DNA of 64,000 nucleotides from Oscillospiraceae bacterium (GTDB lineage Bacteria; Bacillota; Clostridia; Oscillospirales; Oscillospiraceae). The notes beneath the pieces were generated by a model. That model saw nothing but the letters and a program-made list of their open reading frames with translations. It made no database searches and was not told the DNA's origin. The stretch covers positions 505-64,504 of the forward strand of contig CACZUK010000002.1 of the NCBI GenBank assembly GCA_902784305.1, read 5' to 3'. Both the position numbers and the translations under genes were made by a program. Below, piece by piece: positions 17,640 through 26,348 of the stretch. Every line of letters starts with the position of its first letter. Positions within the stretch are counted from its first letter, which is position 1.

Positions 17640-18291
17640 CTCTCTTATTTGGGTCCCAGATGAACTTGTGGAGCTGAAGTTGGAGGCGCACGCCGTTCAG
17701 GCGGTGCCGGGCCAGAAACTCCACCATCTCCGCTGGTTCAATGGAGCCGAACACCGGGCTCAGGTACACATGACAGCGGCCCACCAGCGCCTCCCGCGCG
17801 ATGACCTCCCGGGCGCGCTCCAGATCCGACTGGCTGCCGCAGACGAATTTCACTGTGTCCTCCGGCCGCAGCAGGGCGAAATTGTCCGTCTTCATGGCCC
17901 CCTCCATGCCGCTGGAGGGCAGCTTGTAGTCCATGGTGAACACGGGACGCCGCTCCGGCGCGCAGAAGGGTGCCAGCTCCACCGCGCCGTTGGTTTCGAT
18001 TTCCACCCGCAGCGCGCCGTCCCGGAGCAGCAGAGTCAGCAGGGCGGGCAGCTCCGGCTGGAGCAAGGGCTCGCCGCCCGTCAGGGTCACATTGGTCACG
18101 CCCAGCGCCCGCACACTGCGGTCGATTTCCTCCGGGGTGCGCTCCTCAAAGGCGCAGTCCGGCTCATTTGCCCACATGGTGTCGCAGTAGCCGCAGCGCA
18201 GATTGCAGCCCTGAAAGCGGACGAACACCGCCAGCTCTCCGGCCCGGGGTCCCTCGCCGTTGATGCTCAAAAACTGTTCGACTACCCGCAT
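17632..18291 (-). CDS. queE: 7-carboxy-7-deazaguanine synthase (radical SAM)
   Basis: INGEGPRAG and [10 protein letters not shown] motifs. Overlaps the folE start by 8 nt. Confidence 0.95.
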   Translation of the reverse strand: MRVVEQFLSINGEGPRAGELAVFVRFQGCNLRCGYCDTMWANEPDCAFEERTPEEIDRSVRALGVTNVTLTGGEPLLQPELPALLTLLLRDGALRVEIETNGAVELAPFCAPERRPVFTMDYKLPSSGMEGAMKTDNFALLRPEDTVKFVCGSQSDLERAREVIAREALVGRCHVYLSPVFGSIEPAEMVEFLARHRLNGVRLQLQLHKFIWDPNKRGV

Positions 18292-18294
18292 GGC

Positions 18295-18714
18295 TCACTC
18301 CTCATAGGCAGCGGCGTTGGCAGGGGTCTCGTAGACCTCCACCCGGCGCACGGGGCAGCCGTGTTCCCGCAGCCGTTGAAAGAACCACCGGGACAGCTCC
18401 TCCGCGGTGGGGCGGAAGGGCACCTCTGTCAGCCGGAACGCCTCCTCCCGCAGAGCGGCCAGGGTGGCGGGGCGGAGGGAGCCGGCCTCATAGATGAGGC
18501 TGTGGTCCATCTGCTCACAAAGCTCCTTCAGGAGCGCCTTGACGGCGCCGAAGTCCATCAGCATGCCCCGGGTCTGGGTCTCCCCGGACAGCGCGTCCCC
18601 GGAGAGCACAGCCACCACCCGCCAGCGGTGTCCGTGGAGGTTGCTGCACTTCCCCTGGTAGTCCTTGAGGAAGTGGGCGGCGTCAAAGCACTGTTCTGTC
18701 TTCAAAAGATACAT
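18295..18714 (-). CDS. queD: 6-carboxy-5,6,7,8-tetrahydropterin synthase
   Basis: FDAAHFL...CSNLHGHRW motif. Confidence 0.95.
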   Translation of the reverse strand: MYLLKTEQCFDAAHFLKDYQGKCSNLHGHRWRVVAVLSGDALSGETQTRGMLMDFGAVKALLKELCEQMDHSLIYEAGSLRPATLAALREEAFRLTEVPFRPTAEELSRWFFQRLREHGCPVRRVEVYETPANAAAYEE

Positions 18715-18878
18715 CGTAGTTCCTCATCGAAAAAGTCCCGCACAAGCATGCGGGACTCCTTTCTTCTCACCGGCGGGAAGGGGTTCTTCCCACCGGCTCA
18801 CAGCATGAAAAAAGCAGTCCCGGTTTTGATTTGGGGCAAGGCCCGGGGCAGGAGGGTACCAATGAACTGCCTGTGTCT
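18715..18878 (-). promoter_or_regulatory. structured que-operon leader with terminator-type hairpins (candidate preQ1-responsive element, class unresolved)
   Basis: Minus-strand leader contains GGCAG-N15-CUGCC, a CCGG..CCGG hairpin and ACUGCUUUUUU. It then has a long hairpin GCCGGUGGGAAG..CUUCCCGCCGGU, followed by GUCCCGCAugcuugUGCGGGAC plus UUUUU immediately before the GAGGAA RBS of queD. Confidence 0.4.
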
Positions 18879-18906
18879 ATTTTACAGGGGAAAGGGGGTT
18901 TGTCAA
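18879..18906 (-). promoter_or_regulatory. sigma-70-type promoter (TTGACA-N16-TAAAAT) of the que operon
   Basis: Reverse complement of 18901-18906 is TTGACA and of 18879-18884 is TAAAAT. Confidence 0.65.
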
Positions 18907-18926
18907 GGGGCAAATCGACAGAAAAG

Positions 18927-18960
18927 GGAAAAAGACGCGGCCCTCGTTTGGAGAGCCGCG
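18927..18960 (-). terminator. intrinsic terminator after the RecD2-fragment gene
   Basis: Minus-strand cgcggc...gccgcg stem followed by tcttttt. Confidence 0.6.
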
Positions 18961-19055
18961 GGGGAGGAGCAGGCAGCACCCATCGCGGAGGAGGCCGACG
19001 GGAGCTGCCCGCATTGTTGTTTTGATGTGCCGCGATTTTGTCCTGTCCGTGTCAC

Positions 19056-19478
19056 TCACCGGCCAAGCCGCTTTCTGATGCGCTCCACCCGAACCCGGCC
19101 GAGGCCGGGCACCTCCAGCAGCCGTTCCGGCTCATTTTCGATGATTTTCAGCGTATCCGTACCAAAACGCTGCACAATGCGCGCCGCAAAGCCGGGCCCG
19201 ACGCCCTTGATGACGCCGCAGCCCAGATATTGCTCCAAATCAGAGGCGGTTTCGGGCAGCGTCTCCTCAAAGGAGGTGACAGAGAACAGCCGTCCGTACC
19301 GCTCATCTTCCGTCCACTGGCCGCTCAGCGTCAGCACAGAACCGACGCGCACCTGCGCCGTCACGCCCGCCACAGGAACGAGGCCGCCAAGGTCCATCAG
19401 ACGGCAGAGAATCACCGAATGGTTGCCATCACCGGCGCAGTCGCCCGCGCGCGCAACGACACAGCGCAGATATTCCAT
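19056..19478 (-). CDS. RecD2-like helicase N-terminal region only (about 140 aa, truncated)
   Basis: MEYLRCVV...LTLSGQWTEDERYGRLF...LGCGVIKGVGPGFAARIVQRFG..TL.IIENEPERLLEVPGLG matches the OB plus helix-hairpin-helix N-terminus of RecD2. No P-loop helicase domains follow. GGGAGGAAA RBS precedes the ATG at 19478. Confidence 0.6.
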   Translation of the reverse strand: MEYLRCVVARAGDCAGDGNHSVILCRLMDLGGLVPVAGVTAQVRVGSVLTLSGQWTEDERYGRLFSVTSFEETLPETASDLEQYLGCGVIKGVGPGFAARIVQRFGTDTLKIIENEPERLLEVPGLGRVRVERIRKRLGR

Positions 19479-19516
19479 GGTCCGTTTCCTCCCTTGCTGG
19501 ATTGGCTTTGCCTGTG

Positions 19517-19633
19517 CCACCCGGACGCCGGTAAAGCTGGAGACAGCGCCGCCGCCCGGACGCCGGTGGAGCAGTAAACAGCGCCGCCGCCCGGACACCG
19601 GTCAAGCAGAAGACAGCGCCGCCGCCCCGAGCA
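19517..19633. repeat. 35-bp GC-rich tandem repeat, about 3 copies
   Basis: Unit acagcgccgccgcccggacRccggt..agca.. is repeated head to tail. Confidence 0.8.
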
Positions 19634-19725
19634 CGAAACGCAAGGACGAATCGCTCAGATGGCGGCGGAACGGCTGTCCATCGGCCCGGTCCTTCGCCGG
19701 TTCGCCGGGGGACGGCAGCTTACGT

Positions 19726-19843
19726 CCCGGCCGTTTATGTCCCGGCGGTTTGTGTCACGCGGTTTGCGCCCCGGTGGTTTGCGTTTCGGCGGTTTGTGCC
19801 CCAGCGGCTTGCGTTTCAGCAGCTTGCGCCCCGCAGTTTCTGT
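19726..19843. repeat. degenerate 30-bp (2 x 15) tandem repeat, about 4 copies
   Basis: cccggYggtttgYgt / YWcRgcRgYttgcgc units recur with a 15/30-nt period. Confidence 0.75.
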
Positions 19844-19907
19844 TCCTGATTATACCAGAGCGAAAGAAAAGCGATTACCCCGAAAAGTGGGGCAATCGCG
19901 GCTTTTC

Positions 19908-20393
19908 TCATTCCTCTGAGGGGGAGGCTGTCTTTGGGGAAGAGGCACCCTTTTTCGCCGGGGAGCGCAGCGGATTCATGCCCTGTGCGCGCAGCAGCGC
20001 GTCCACCTCCTCAATGGAGGTCAGGCCCTTGTGGAAGGCAGAGAGCAGCACCGCGTCCCGGGGCAGCCGCACATAGAGCGGCGCCATATGATACAGCCGG
20101 AGCGCGTGCTGAGTCTCCTCCAGGGTCAGATGACCCGCGATGCACAGGCGGAGGATGTAATCACGCTGTTTTGTTCTCTTTTCCTCCGAGAGAATCTGAT
20201 ACCCGACCTTCTGGGCGAAGCCGACCCGGATGAACAGATTGTGCTGCTTTACGCCGTGGCTGGCGAGCACCGCGCGCATATACGCGGCAAAGGGCTTCTC
20301 CTGGAGGTAAAGCTCCTCCTGATGCTGGCGCAGGAACTGCTCCGGGGCGGTCTCCTTCAGCAGTGCCTCCAGCTCATCGGTATTTTTCTTCAT
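19908..20393 (-). CDS. hypothetical protein with XRE-like helix-turn-helix segment
   Basis: Coding-like composition. The stretch HNLFIRVGFAQKVGYQILSEEKRTKQRDYILRLCIAGHLTLEETQ resembles an HTH_XRE core. Divergent from the Ser/Thr kinase gene. Confidence 0.55.
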   Translation of the reverse strand: MKKNTDELEALLKETAPEQFLRQHQEELYLQEKPFAAYMRAVLASHGVKQHNLFIRVGFAQKVGYQILSEEKRTKQRDYILRLCIAGHLTLEETQHALRLYHMAPLYVRLPRDAVLLSAFHKGLTSIEEVDALLRAQGMNPLRSPAKKGASSPKTASPSEE

Positions 20394-20459
20394 CTGGCTC
20401 TTTTCACCCCTTTAAAATGTGGTATAATGACATAAATCGTTGAATTGTGAGGGAACGCC

Positions 20460-21524
20460 ATGTTAGCTGATTCGTCCGCGCTCTTGTCCTGCTATCGGGT
20501 TCTGGGCGCTCTGAATCCTGAGAAAAATGTTCAAATTATCCAGGACAGAGGCACAAACAAGCTGTATCTTCTAAAGGAATATGAACAATACGACGCCGAC
20601 GTGTACGCCTGGCTCCAGTCGCACCCCATTGCGAACATGCCGCAAATCATCGCGCTTTCCCGGGAGGGGGAGCGGCTGCTGGTGGTGGAGGAGTATCTGG
20701 CGGGGGAGACCGTGCAGGAGCTGCTGGACACCCAGGGCCCCTTCTCCGAGGAGGCCGCGGCGGACTGCATCCTTCAGCTGTGTACGATTCTCAGCGCCCT
20801 CCACGCCGCGCAGCCGCCCATCATCCACCGGGACATCAAGCCGTCCAACCTGATTCTCTCCCCGGACGGCGTCCTGAAGCTCATTGATGTGAACGCGGCC
20901 AAGCGATGCAAAGAGCACACGGACCGGGACACCGCCCTGCTGGGCACTCCGGGCTACGCTGCGCCGGAGCAGTACGGCATCAGCAGCTCCAGCGTGCAGA
21001 CGGATTTGTTCGCGGTGGGCTCGCTGATGAACGTGATGCTGTGCGGGGAGCTGCCCACGACACAGACGGCAGGGGGACGTCTGGGACCCATCATCCGGAA
21101 GTGTCTGGAGCTGAACCCCCGGAACCGCTACGCCTCTGCGGAGGAGCTGGCCCGGGCAATCCGAACCACGATGCGCACCGCACAGCCGCAGGGCTGGCGA
21201 AGGCTGCTCCCGCCGGGCCTGCGCAGCGGCAACCCCTTTCTCACCGCCGCCGCCCTGTTGGGCTACCTCCTGCTGCTGTGCATCGGCATGACCCTCGATG
21301 TCCAGCCCGCGGAGCATCCGGCCAATGTGCTTGCGGACCGGCTGCTGATGAGCGCCATGCTGATTTGTCTGGTGCTGTTCACGGGCAACTTTCTGAACGT
21401 GCAGCGATTTCTCCCCTTTTCCCGCCGAAAGGGCCTCCGGCTTGTGTCCATTCTTCTGGGTGACGTGCTCATTGTGCTTTTCTTTGCGCTTTGCGCCTCC
21501 ATCCTTCAGACCTATGTGTTCTGA
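20460..21524 (+). CDS. Ser/Thr protein kinase with C-terminal transmembrane segments
   Basis: HRDIKPSNLIL, DVNAAK and GTPGYAAPEQ motifs, with a hydrophobic C-terminal third. Confidence 0.9.
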   Translation: MLADSSALLSCYRVLGALNPEKNVQIIQDRGTNKLYLLKEYEQYDADVYAWLQSHPIANMPQIIALSREGERLLVVEEYLAGETVQELLDTQGPFSEEAAADCILQLCTILSALHAAQPPIIHRDIKPSNLILSPDGVLKLIDVNAAKRCKEHTDRDTALLGTPGYAAPEQYGISSSSVQTDLFAVGSLMNVMLCGELPTTQTAGGRLGPIIRKCLELNPRNRYASAEELARAIRTTMRTAQPQGWRRLLPPGLRSGNPFLTAAALLGYLLLLCIGMTLDVQPAEHPANVLADRLLMSAMLICLVLFTGNFLNVQRFLPFSRRKGLRLVSILLGDVLIVLFFALCASILQTYVF

Positions 21525-21670
21525 GCGCGGACGGAGCGGCTTCGGCGCGGTCAGGGGAGGGCGCTTTTCCAGCGCAAAAGCCGGAATTCCCTTGTCATCC
21601 ATTTGACTGGCTAAATCATGGAGCAAAAACGCGAAAACAAGCAATTCTGCGAAAACGGAGGAATATTCAG

Positions 21671-22762
21671 ATGAAAAACAAACGCTTTCGATGGTGGCGC
21701 ATCCCGCTGCTGCTGACGCTGGCGCTGCTTCTGGCGGTCTACATCGTCTATCTGCTCACGACCTACCACCGAATCGAGGACAATCTGCCCCTGGAGGTGC
21801 GCGGAACCGCCCGGGAACCGGCGGAAACAGACAAAGAGTACACAATCGTGAGCTATAACATCGGATTTGGCGCCTACACGGCGGATTTTACCTTCTTTAT
21901 GGACGGAGGCAAAGAGAGCCGCGCCCGCTCAGAGGAGAGCGTTCTGAACTGTGTGCGGGAGAGCGCCAAGACCGCGCTGTCCTTCGACCCGGATTTCGTC
22001 CTGTTTCAGGAGGTGGACACCGGCTCCACCCGCAGCTACCAGGTGGATGAGGCGCAGCTGATTCAGGAGGCCTTTGACGCGCAGGGGGACTTTGACAGCG
22101 TGTTTGCGCAGAACTATCATTCCGCCTACCTGTTCTACCCCTTCACGAAGCCGCACGGGGCCTCCAATTCCGGGCTGCTGACCCAGAGCCGCGCGGACAT
22201 CGCCTCCTCGCTGAGAAGAAGTCTGCCCATCGCCTCCGGCCTGAAGAAGTATCTGGATTTGGACCGCTGCTACAGCGTCTCCCGGATTCCCGTGGCAGAC
22301 GGCCGGGAGCTGATTCTGGTCAACGCGCACCTCTCCGCCTACGGAACCAATGCCGGGCAGGGGCAGGCGCAGATGGAACAGCTCTTCGCGGATTTGAAAA
22401 AGGAGTACGAACAGGGCAATTATGTGATTTGCGGCGGGGATTTCAACCACGATTTCACCACCAACTCCAAGGCGCTTCTGAACCCCGGCAACGCTGATAC
22501 CTTCAGCTGGTGCCACCCGTTTCCGGATGAGCTGATTCCGGCGGGCTTCTCCAAGTGCACGGATTACGCCGACGGACTCACCGCGACCACGCGCAACACC
22601 GACATCCCCTATGGGGAGGACAGCTTCACCGCGGTTCTGGACGGCTTTCTGGTCTCCGACAACGTGAAATGCAGCTATGTGCAGAACATCGACACCGGTT
22701 TTCTCTATACCGACCACAACCCGGTTGTCATGCGCTTTGCGCTCAGCCCGGCGCAGGGGTGA
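21671..22762 (+). CDS. endonuclease/exonuclease/phosphatase (EEP) family protein, N-terminal TM anchor
   Basis: VSYNIGFG, FQEVD, NAHLSAY, GGDFNHD and TDHNP motifs. GGAGG lies 8 nt before the ATG at 21671, so the track extension was trimmed. Confidence 0.85.
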   Translation: MKNKRFRWWRIPLLLTLALLLAVYIVYLLTTYHRIEDNLPLEVRGTAREPAETDKEYTIVSYNIGFGAYTADFTFFMDGGKESRARSEESVLNCVRESAKTALSFDPDFVLFQEVDTGSTRSYQVDEAQLIQEAFDAQGDFDSVFAQNYHSAYLFYPFTKPHGASNSGLLTQSRADIASSLRRSLPIASGLKKYLDLDRCYSVSRIPVADGRELILVNAHLSAYGTNAGQGQAQMEQLFADLKKEYEQGNYVICGGDFNHDFTTNSKALLNPGNADTFSWCHPFPDELIPAGFSKCTDYADGLTATTRNTDIPYGEDSFTAVLDGFLVSDNVKCSYVQNIDTGFLYTDHNPVVMRFALSPAQG

Positions 22763-23035
22763 GCGGAACCAGACAACGTCTCAGCGCCCGGGCCGCCGCA
22801 GTCACAAGAGGGGCAAACGGCACCACAGGGGGGATGAGCAAGATTCCCCCTACCATCCTTCGCATCAAACGCGCACTTTCCACCCGCTGACGCTTTTTGA
22901 TTATACCCTCTGCAGCGCCTCTTGACAAGGGGGAAGGGGCTTGAATGAGCACTTTTTCCAGTCTAAACGGCCGGGGCGGCACCGGGCCGCGGGGTGCGTC
23001 TCAGCGGGGCTGGATGAGAAAATGTCAGGTTTGTC

Positions 23036-23064
23036 TTGCAATCTGTCCTGATATTTCGTATAAT
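23036..23064 (+). promoter_or_regulatory. sigma-70-type promoter (TTGCAA-N17-TATAAT)
   Basis: Hexamers at 23036-23041 and 23059-23064. About 150-nt leader before the ATG at 23219. Confidence 0.6.
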
Positions 23065-23218
23065 ATAGAATAACCGAATCAACCGGGAGGACGCCCTTTT
23101 GATCGCGTCCCCCGGGTTGCCTGTCCGGAGATGCCTCTGTCCGCAGAATGAGCCCGGGGAACCCCTGATTGCCGCCCACAGGTCATCAGCGGGTCCTCGT
23201 GCAGGGAGGTGCTGTGTC

Positions 23219-24646
23219 ATGTCCTTTTCGTTGAATAAGAAGGTGATTGTGCTGATTGTGAGCTTCGCCGCCATCATCAGCATGCTGGCCGTTGCAGTTT
23301 ATTACAAGGGAATTCACGATGTCGTTGTGTCCCAGTATGAGGGACGCTCCATCGACATTGCCAAATTGACGGCAGTGGAAATCGACGCTGAGCGGCTGTT
23401 GAAGGTTCAGCAGGCTGTGCTGGAAATCTACAACAGCACCGACAACAAAGTGCTGAGCGACCAGGCGGGAACGCCGGAGTTTGAGGCGTATCTCTCCCGT
23501 TACAAATCCATCGAAGAGATGGAGGAGTACCAGACGGTGCGTGCCGACCTGCGCAGAATGCAGGACGTGCTGGATGTGGACTGCCTCTACGTGTTCTGGC
23601 TGGACACGGTCAACGGGTGCTATGTTTACCTTGTGGACGCCGACAACGCCGACCCCTGTCCGCCGGGCTGCATCGACCCGCTCTATTCCGACATCGGCGA
23701 CACGCTGACGGACCCATCCCTGGGCTGCCCGCCCAACATCACCAACACGCCGGAATACGGCGGGCTGGTGACGACGGCGATGCCGGTCTATGACAGCAGG
23801 GGCGAGGTCATCGCCATGGCGGCTGTGGACATCTCCATGGATGTCGTTATGGCCCGGCAGCAGCGCTATTTGGTGTACGTCGTGCTGGCCTTCCTGGGCA
23901 TGACCATTCTCGTGTGCGTTTTGAGCATCCTGCTGGTGAATCACTACATCGTCAGGCCCATCAACACCCTCTCCTCGGCGGCGGCGCAGTACCGGCACAA
24001 CAAAAAGGTGTTTTCCAGCCTGCACATTTCCGGGCGCGACGAAATCGGCACCCTGGCTGCCTCCATGGTTCAGATGGAGGCGGACATCGACGGCTACATC
24101 ACCAACCTGAAGCGGACCTCCAACGACCTCATCTCCGCCCGCGAACACGCCGAGCAGATGGACCGCGCGGCGAACATTGACGCGCTGACCAAGGTCCGCA
24201 ACAAGCGCGCCTATGACATCGAGGTCCAGCGGCTCAACGAGAGCCCGCAGCCCTACGGCCTCATCATGATTGACCTGAACGGCCTGAAGGGCATCAACGA
24301 CACCTACGGCCATGAGAAGGGCGACATCAGCATCAAGACCCTCTGCCAGATGATTTGCCGGGTCTTCCAGCACTCTCCGGTATACCGGGTGGGCGGGGAT
24401 GAGTTCATCGTCATCCTCGAAAACAGCGATTATCAGGAGCGCTCGGCACTGATTCAGACGATTTCGGACCAATTTCAGCGCAATCTTGCCGACACCGTCC
24501 GGCCGCCCTGGGAGCGCGTGACGGCGGCGGTGGGCTACGCGGTCTGTGAGCCGGGCACGGGGGAGCGCGTGGAAAGCGTTTTGAAACGTGCGGACGCGGC
24601 GATGTATCAAAACAAAAAGGCAATGAAGGCCGCGCTCAAATCATAA
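23219..24646 (+). CDS. membrane diguanylate cyclase (extracytoplasmic sensor domain, HAMP-like, GGDEF)
   Basis: Two TM segments flank a region of about 250 aa. Intact YRVGGDEFIVIL, plus DALTKVRNKRAY and NDTYGHEKGD. GGGAGG RBS. Confidence 0.9.
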   Translation: MSFSLNKKVIVLIVSFAAIISMLAVAVYYKGIHDVVVSQYEGRSIDIAKLTAVEIDAERLLKVQQAVLEIYNSTDNKVLSDQAGTPEFEAYLSRYKSIEEMEEYQTVRADLRRMQDVLDVDCLYVFWLDTVNGCYVYLVDADNADPCPPGCIDPLYSDIGDTLTDPSLGCPPNITNTPEYGGLVTTAMPVYDSRGEVIAMAAVDISMDVVMARQQRYLVYVVLAFLGMTILVCVLSILLVNHYIVRPINTLSSAAAQYRHNKKVFSSLHISGRDEIGTLAASMVQMEADIDGYITNLKRTSNDLISAREHAEQMDRAANIDALTKVRNKRAYDIEVQRLNESPQPYGLIMIDLNGLKGINDTYGHEKGDISIKTLCQMICRVFQHSPVYRVGGDEFIVILENSDYQERSALIQTISDQFQRNLADTVRPPWERVTAAVGYAVCEPGTGERVESVLKRADAAMYQNKKAMKAALKS

Positions 24647-25016
24647 CAACCTCTGAGCTCCGGGGAACACTGCCCGGCGTGCGGACCTCCTGTGTCAGTT
24701 CTCCTGACCCGGGACGCCCTGCGCGCCGGGCGGTTTTTGCCTTTTCGCTCCGACACCAGCTTTGCGGTCTGCAAACAGGAATAAAAAGGCGAGCAAGATG
24801 CAGGGGATGGTATGATTGCCTCGAATGCTCGATTCTTTCGTGCTTTGGAAGAGCGAAGCCGTGGGAAAGTCACATGAGGAGACGACCGACTTTCGTCCTC
24901 GCACTCAGTCTGTCTATGGGGAGTTCAAAAGGAGCCACAGTCTGCCCACTCAGGCCGGTTTTTGCGGTACAAACTTTGAAAAAAATGCTTCGCCCCCGTA
25001 AAACGCAATTCTTTTC

Positions 25017-25045
25017 TTGAAAAGCGTCTGAGGTTGTGTTATAAT
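25017..25045 (+). promoter_or_regulatory. sigma-70-type promoter (TTGAAA-N17-TATAAT) of the RiPP-like operon
   Basis: Hexamers at 25017-25022 and 25040-25045. Confidence 0.6.
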
Positions 25046-25157
25046 GCCTGTTCAAAGGGTGTAAGCGCCTGAATCTGCGAATCATACCGCGGCAGGGGTG
25101 CGATGGCTGCTTTCCGCCCCATGCCCGCTTGAAATTGAAGGATGGAAGAACGAGACT

Positions 25158-26315
25158 ATGAACCGAGAACAGGCGTTGTTATTGACCGTATTGGGTGATT
25201 TTTTACACCAGAGAAAGACAGTCGCGCAAACGCAGGATTGCGCCTGGTCCGCTCTGTTCCGGTGTGGAGAGAAGCACAGGCTCAACGGCATTGTGTACTG
25301 CCAGCTCGGCAAACAGATTCCGGAGCCCTTCTTTTCGGAGTTTCACACGGAGTATCTGGCCTCCATCGTCCGCTACCGGCACAGACAGGTGCTTGTGAGG
25401 CAGATGGAGGAGGTCCTCCGGCGCAGCGGAGTGGACTATTTCTTCGTCAAGGGCGACTTAATCGGCGCGCTCTACACCAATCCGATGCTGCGCTCCGTCA
25501 GCGATGTGGACCTGGTGGTTCCGGCGGACCGGCTCGCGTCCCTCCACGACCCTCTGACGAAGGCGGGCTTTGAGCGCATCGAAAAGGGCAAGGGCGTCTG
25601 GGCCTACCGCAAGGAGACCGTGACCTTTGAGCTCCACAGAGCCCTCATTTTCTCCACCCACCGGGAGGATGACGCCATTGCGGACTATCTCCACCGCTGC
25701 TGGGACAGCGTCGAGGATGGAAAGCTGGACTGGAATTTCCACATGATTTATCTGCTCCTGCACCTGAGAAAGCACTTTCGTACCTCCGGTGTGGGATTCC
25801 GGCAATTTCTGGATCTGGCTTTTGTGGCCCAGAAGATTCCCCTGGACTGGGCCTACATCCGCAGGGAAATGGAAGGGCTGGGGCTGTGGCGATTCACCCT
25901 GACGGTGATGAACCTCTGCGACGTGTGGTTTGACACCCATTGCGCGCCGGAGAATCTGGAGCTGAACCGGGAATTTGTGGAACGGGCCACAGACACCATC
26001 TTCCGAAACGGCATCTTCGGCTACGCCAACGAGGAGAACAAGGGCAACGATTTCGTCAACGCCGCACGGAGCGACGGCCTTCCCGGTTTGCTGAAGCAGC
26101 TGCAGCTGCTGCTGTTTCCGGGCTATCTGGCGCTGCACAAGACGAGAAAATTCGGATTCCTGTACAACCGGCCCTGGCTGCTGCCTCTGGCCTGGCTGAA
26201 GCGCTATGTTCTCCTCATTTCGGAGCACAAGGCGGTGGGAAAGCTGCGCAGTCTGATTCGTATCCGCCATACGATTGGGAGACGGAACGACACCTACGAT
26301 GAATGGGGGCTGTGA
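25158..26315 (+). CDS. uncharacterised nucleotidyltransferase family protein (PF14907/NTP_transf_5-like)
   Basis: Central ...YFFVKGDLIGALY......SVSDVDLVVP... motif (G-x-x, DxD) and overall layout are typical of the family seen beside PqqD/HprK-like genes. Confidence 0.75.
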   Translation: MNREQALLLTVLGDFLHQRKTVAQTQDCAWSALFRCGEKHRLNGIVYCQLGKQIPEPFFSEFHTEYLASIVRYRHRQVLVRQMEEVLRRSGVDYFFVKGDLIGALYTNPMLRSVSDVDLVVPADRLASLHDPLTKAGFERIEKGKGVWAYRKETVTFELHRALIFSTHREDDAIADYLHRCWDSVEDGKLDWNFHMIYLLLHLRKHFRTSGVGFRQFLDLAFVAQKIPLDWAYIRREMEGLGLWRFTLTVMNLCDVWFDTHCAPENLELNREFVERATDTIFRNGIFGYANEENKGNDFVNAARSDGLPGLLKQLQLLLFPGYLALHKTRKFGFLYNRPWLLPLAWLKRYVLLISEHKAVGKLRSLIRIRHTIGRRNDTYDEWGL

Positions 26316-26348
26316 GCCCGGAACAAGCAACGGAAGGAGGCTGCTGCC

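Noticed and set aside
19517-19843. Possible CRISPR array
   Set aside because: The repeats are directly tandem, with 35-bp and 15/30-bp units and no unique spacers. No cas genes occur anywhere in the window.
17497-20076. 859-aa plus-strand ORF
   Set aside because: It runs antisense across folE, queE, queD, the RecD2 fragment and intergenic repeats. The composition is Arg/Pro/Ala-rich junk, and the minus-strand genes have unambiguous catalytic motifs.
23065-23218. Possible c-di-GMP riboswitch in the 150-nt leader of the diguanylate cyclase gene
   Set aside because: Hairpins exist (GGACGC/GCGTCC, CCCGGG/CCCGGG), but I could not find the conserved GEMM-I or GEMM-II core sequences. This needs a covariance-model search before any claim.
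24816-25001. 61-aa ORF upstream of the RiPP-like operon as an alternative precursor peptide
   Set aside because: It lies upstream of the operon promoter, has no RBS, and has no leader/core-like features. The 54-aa ORF at 29175 is far better supported.
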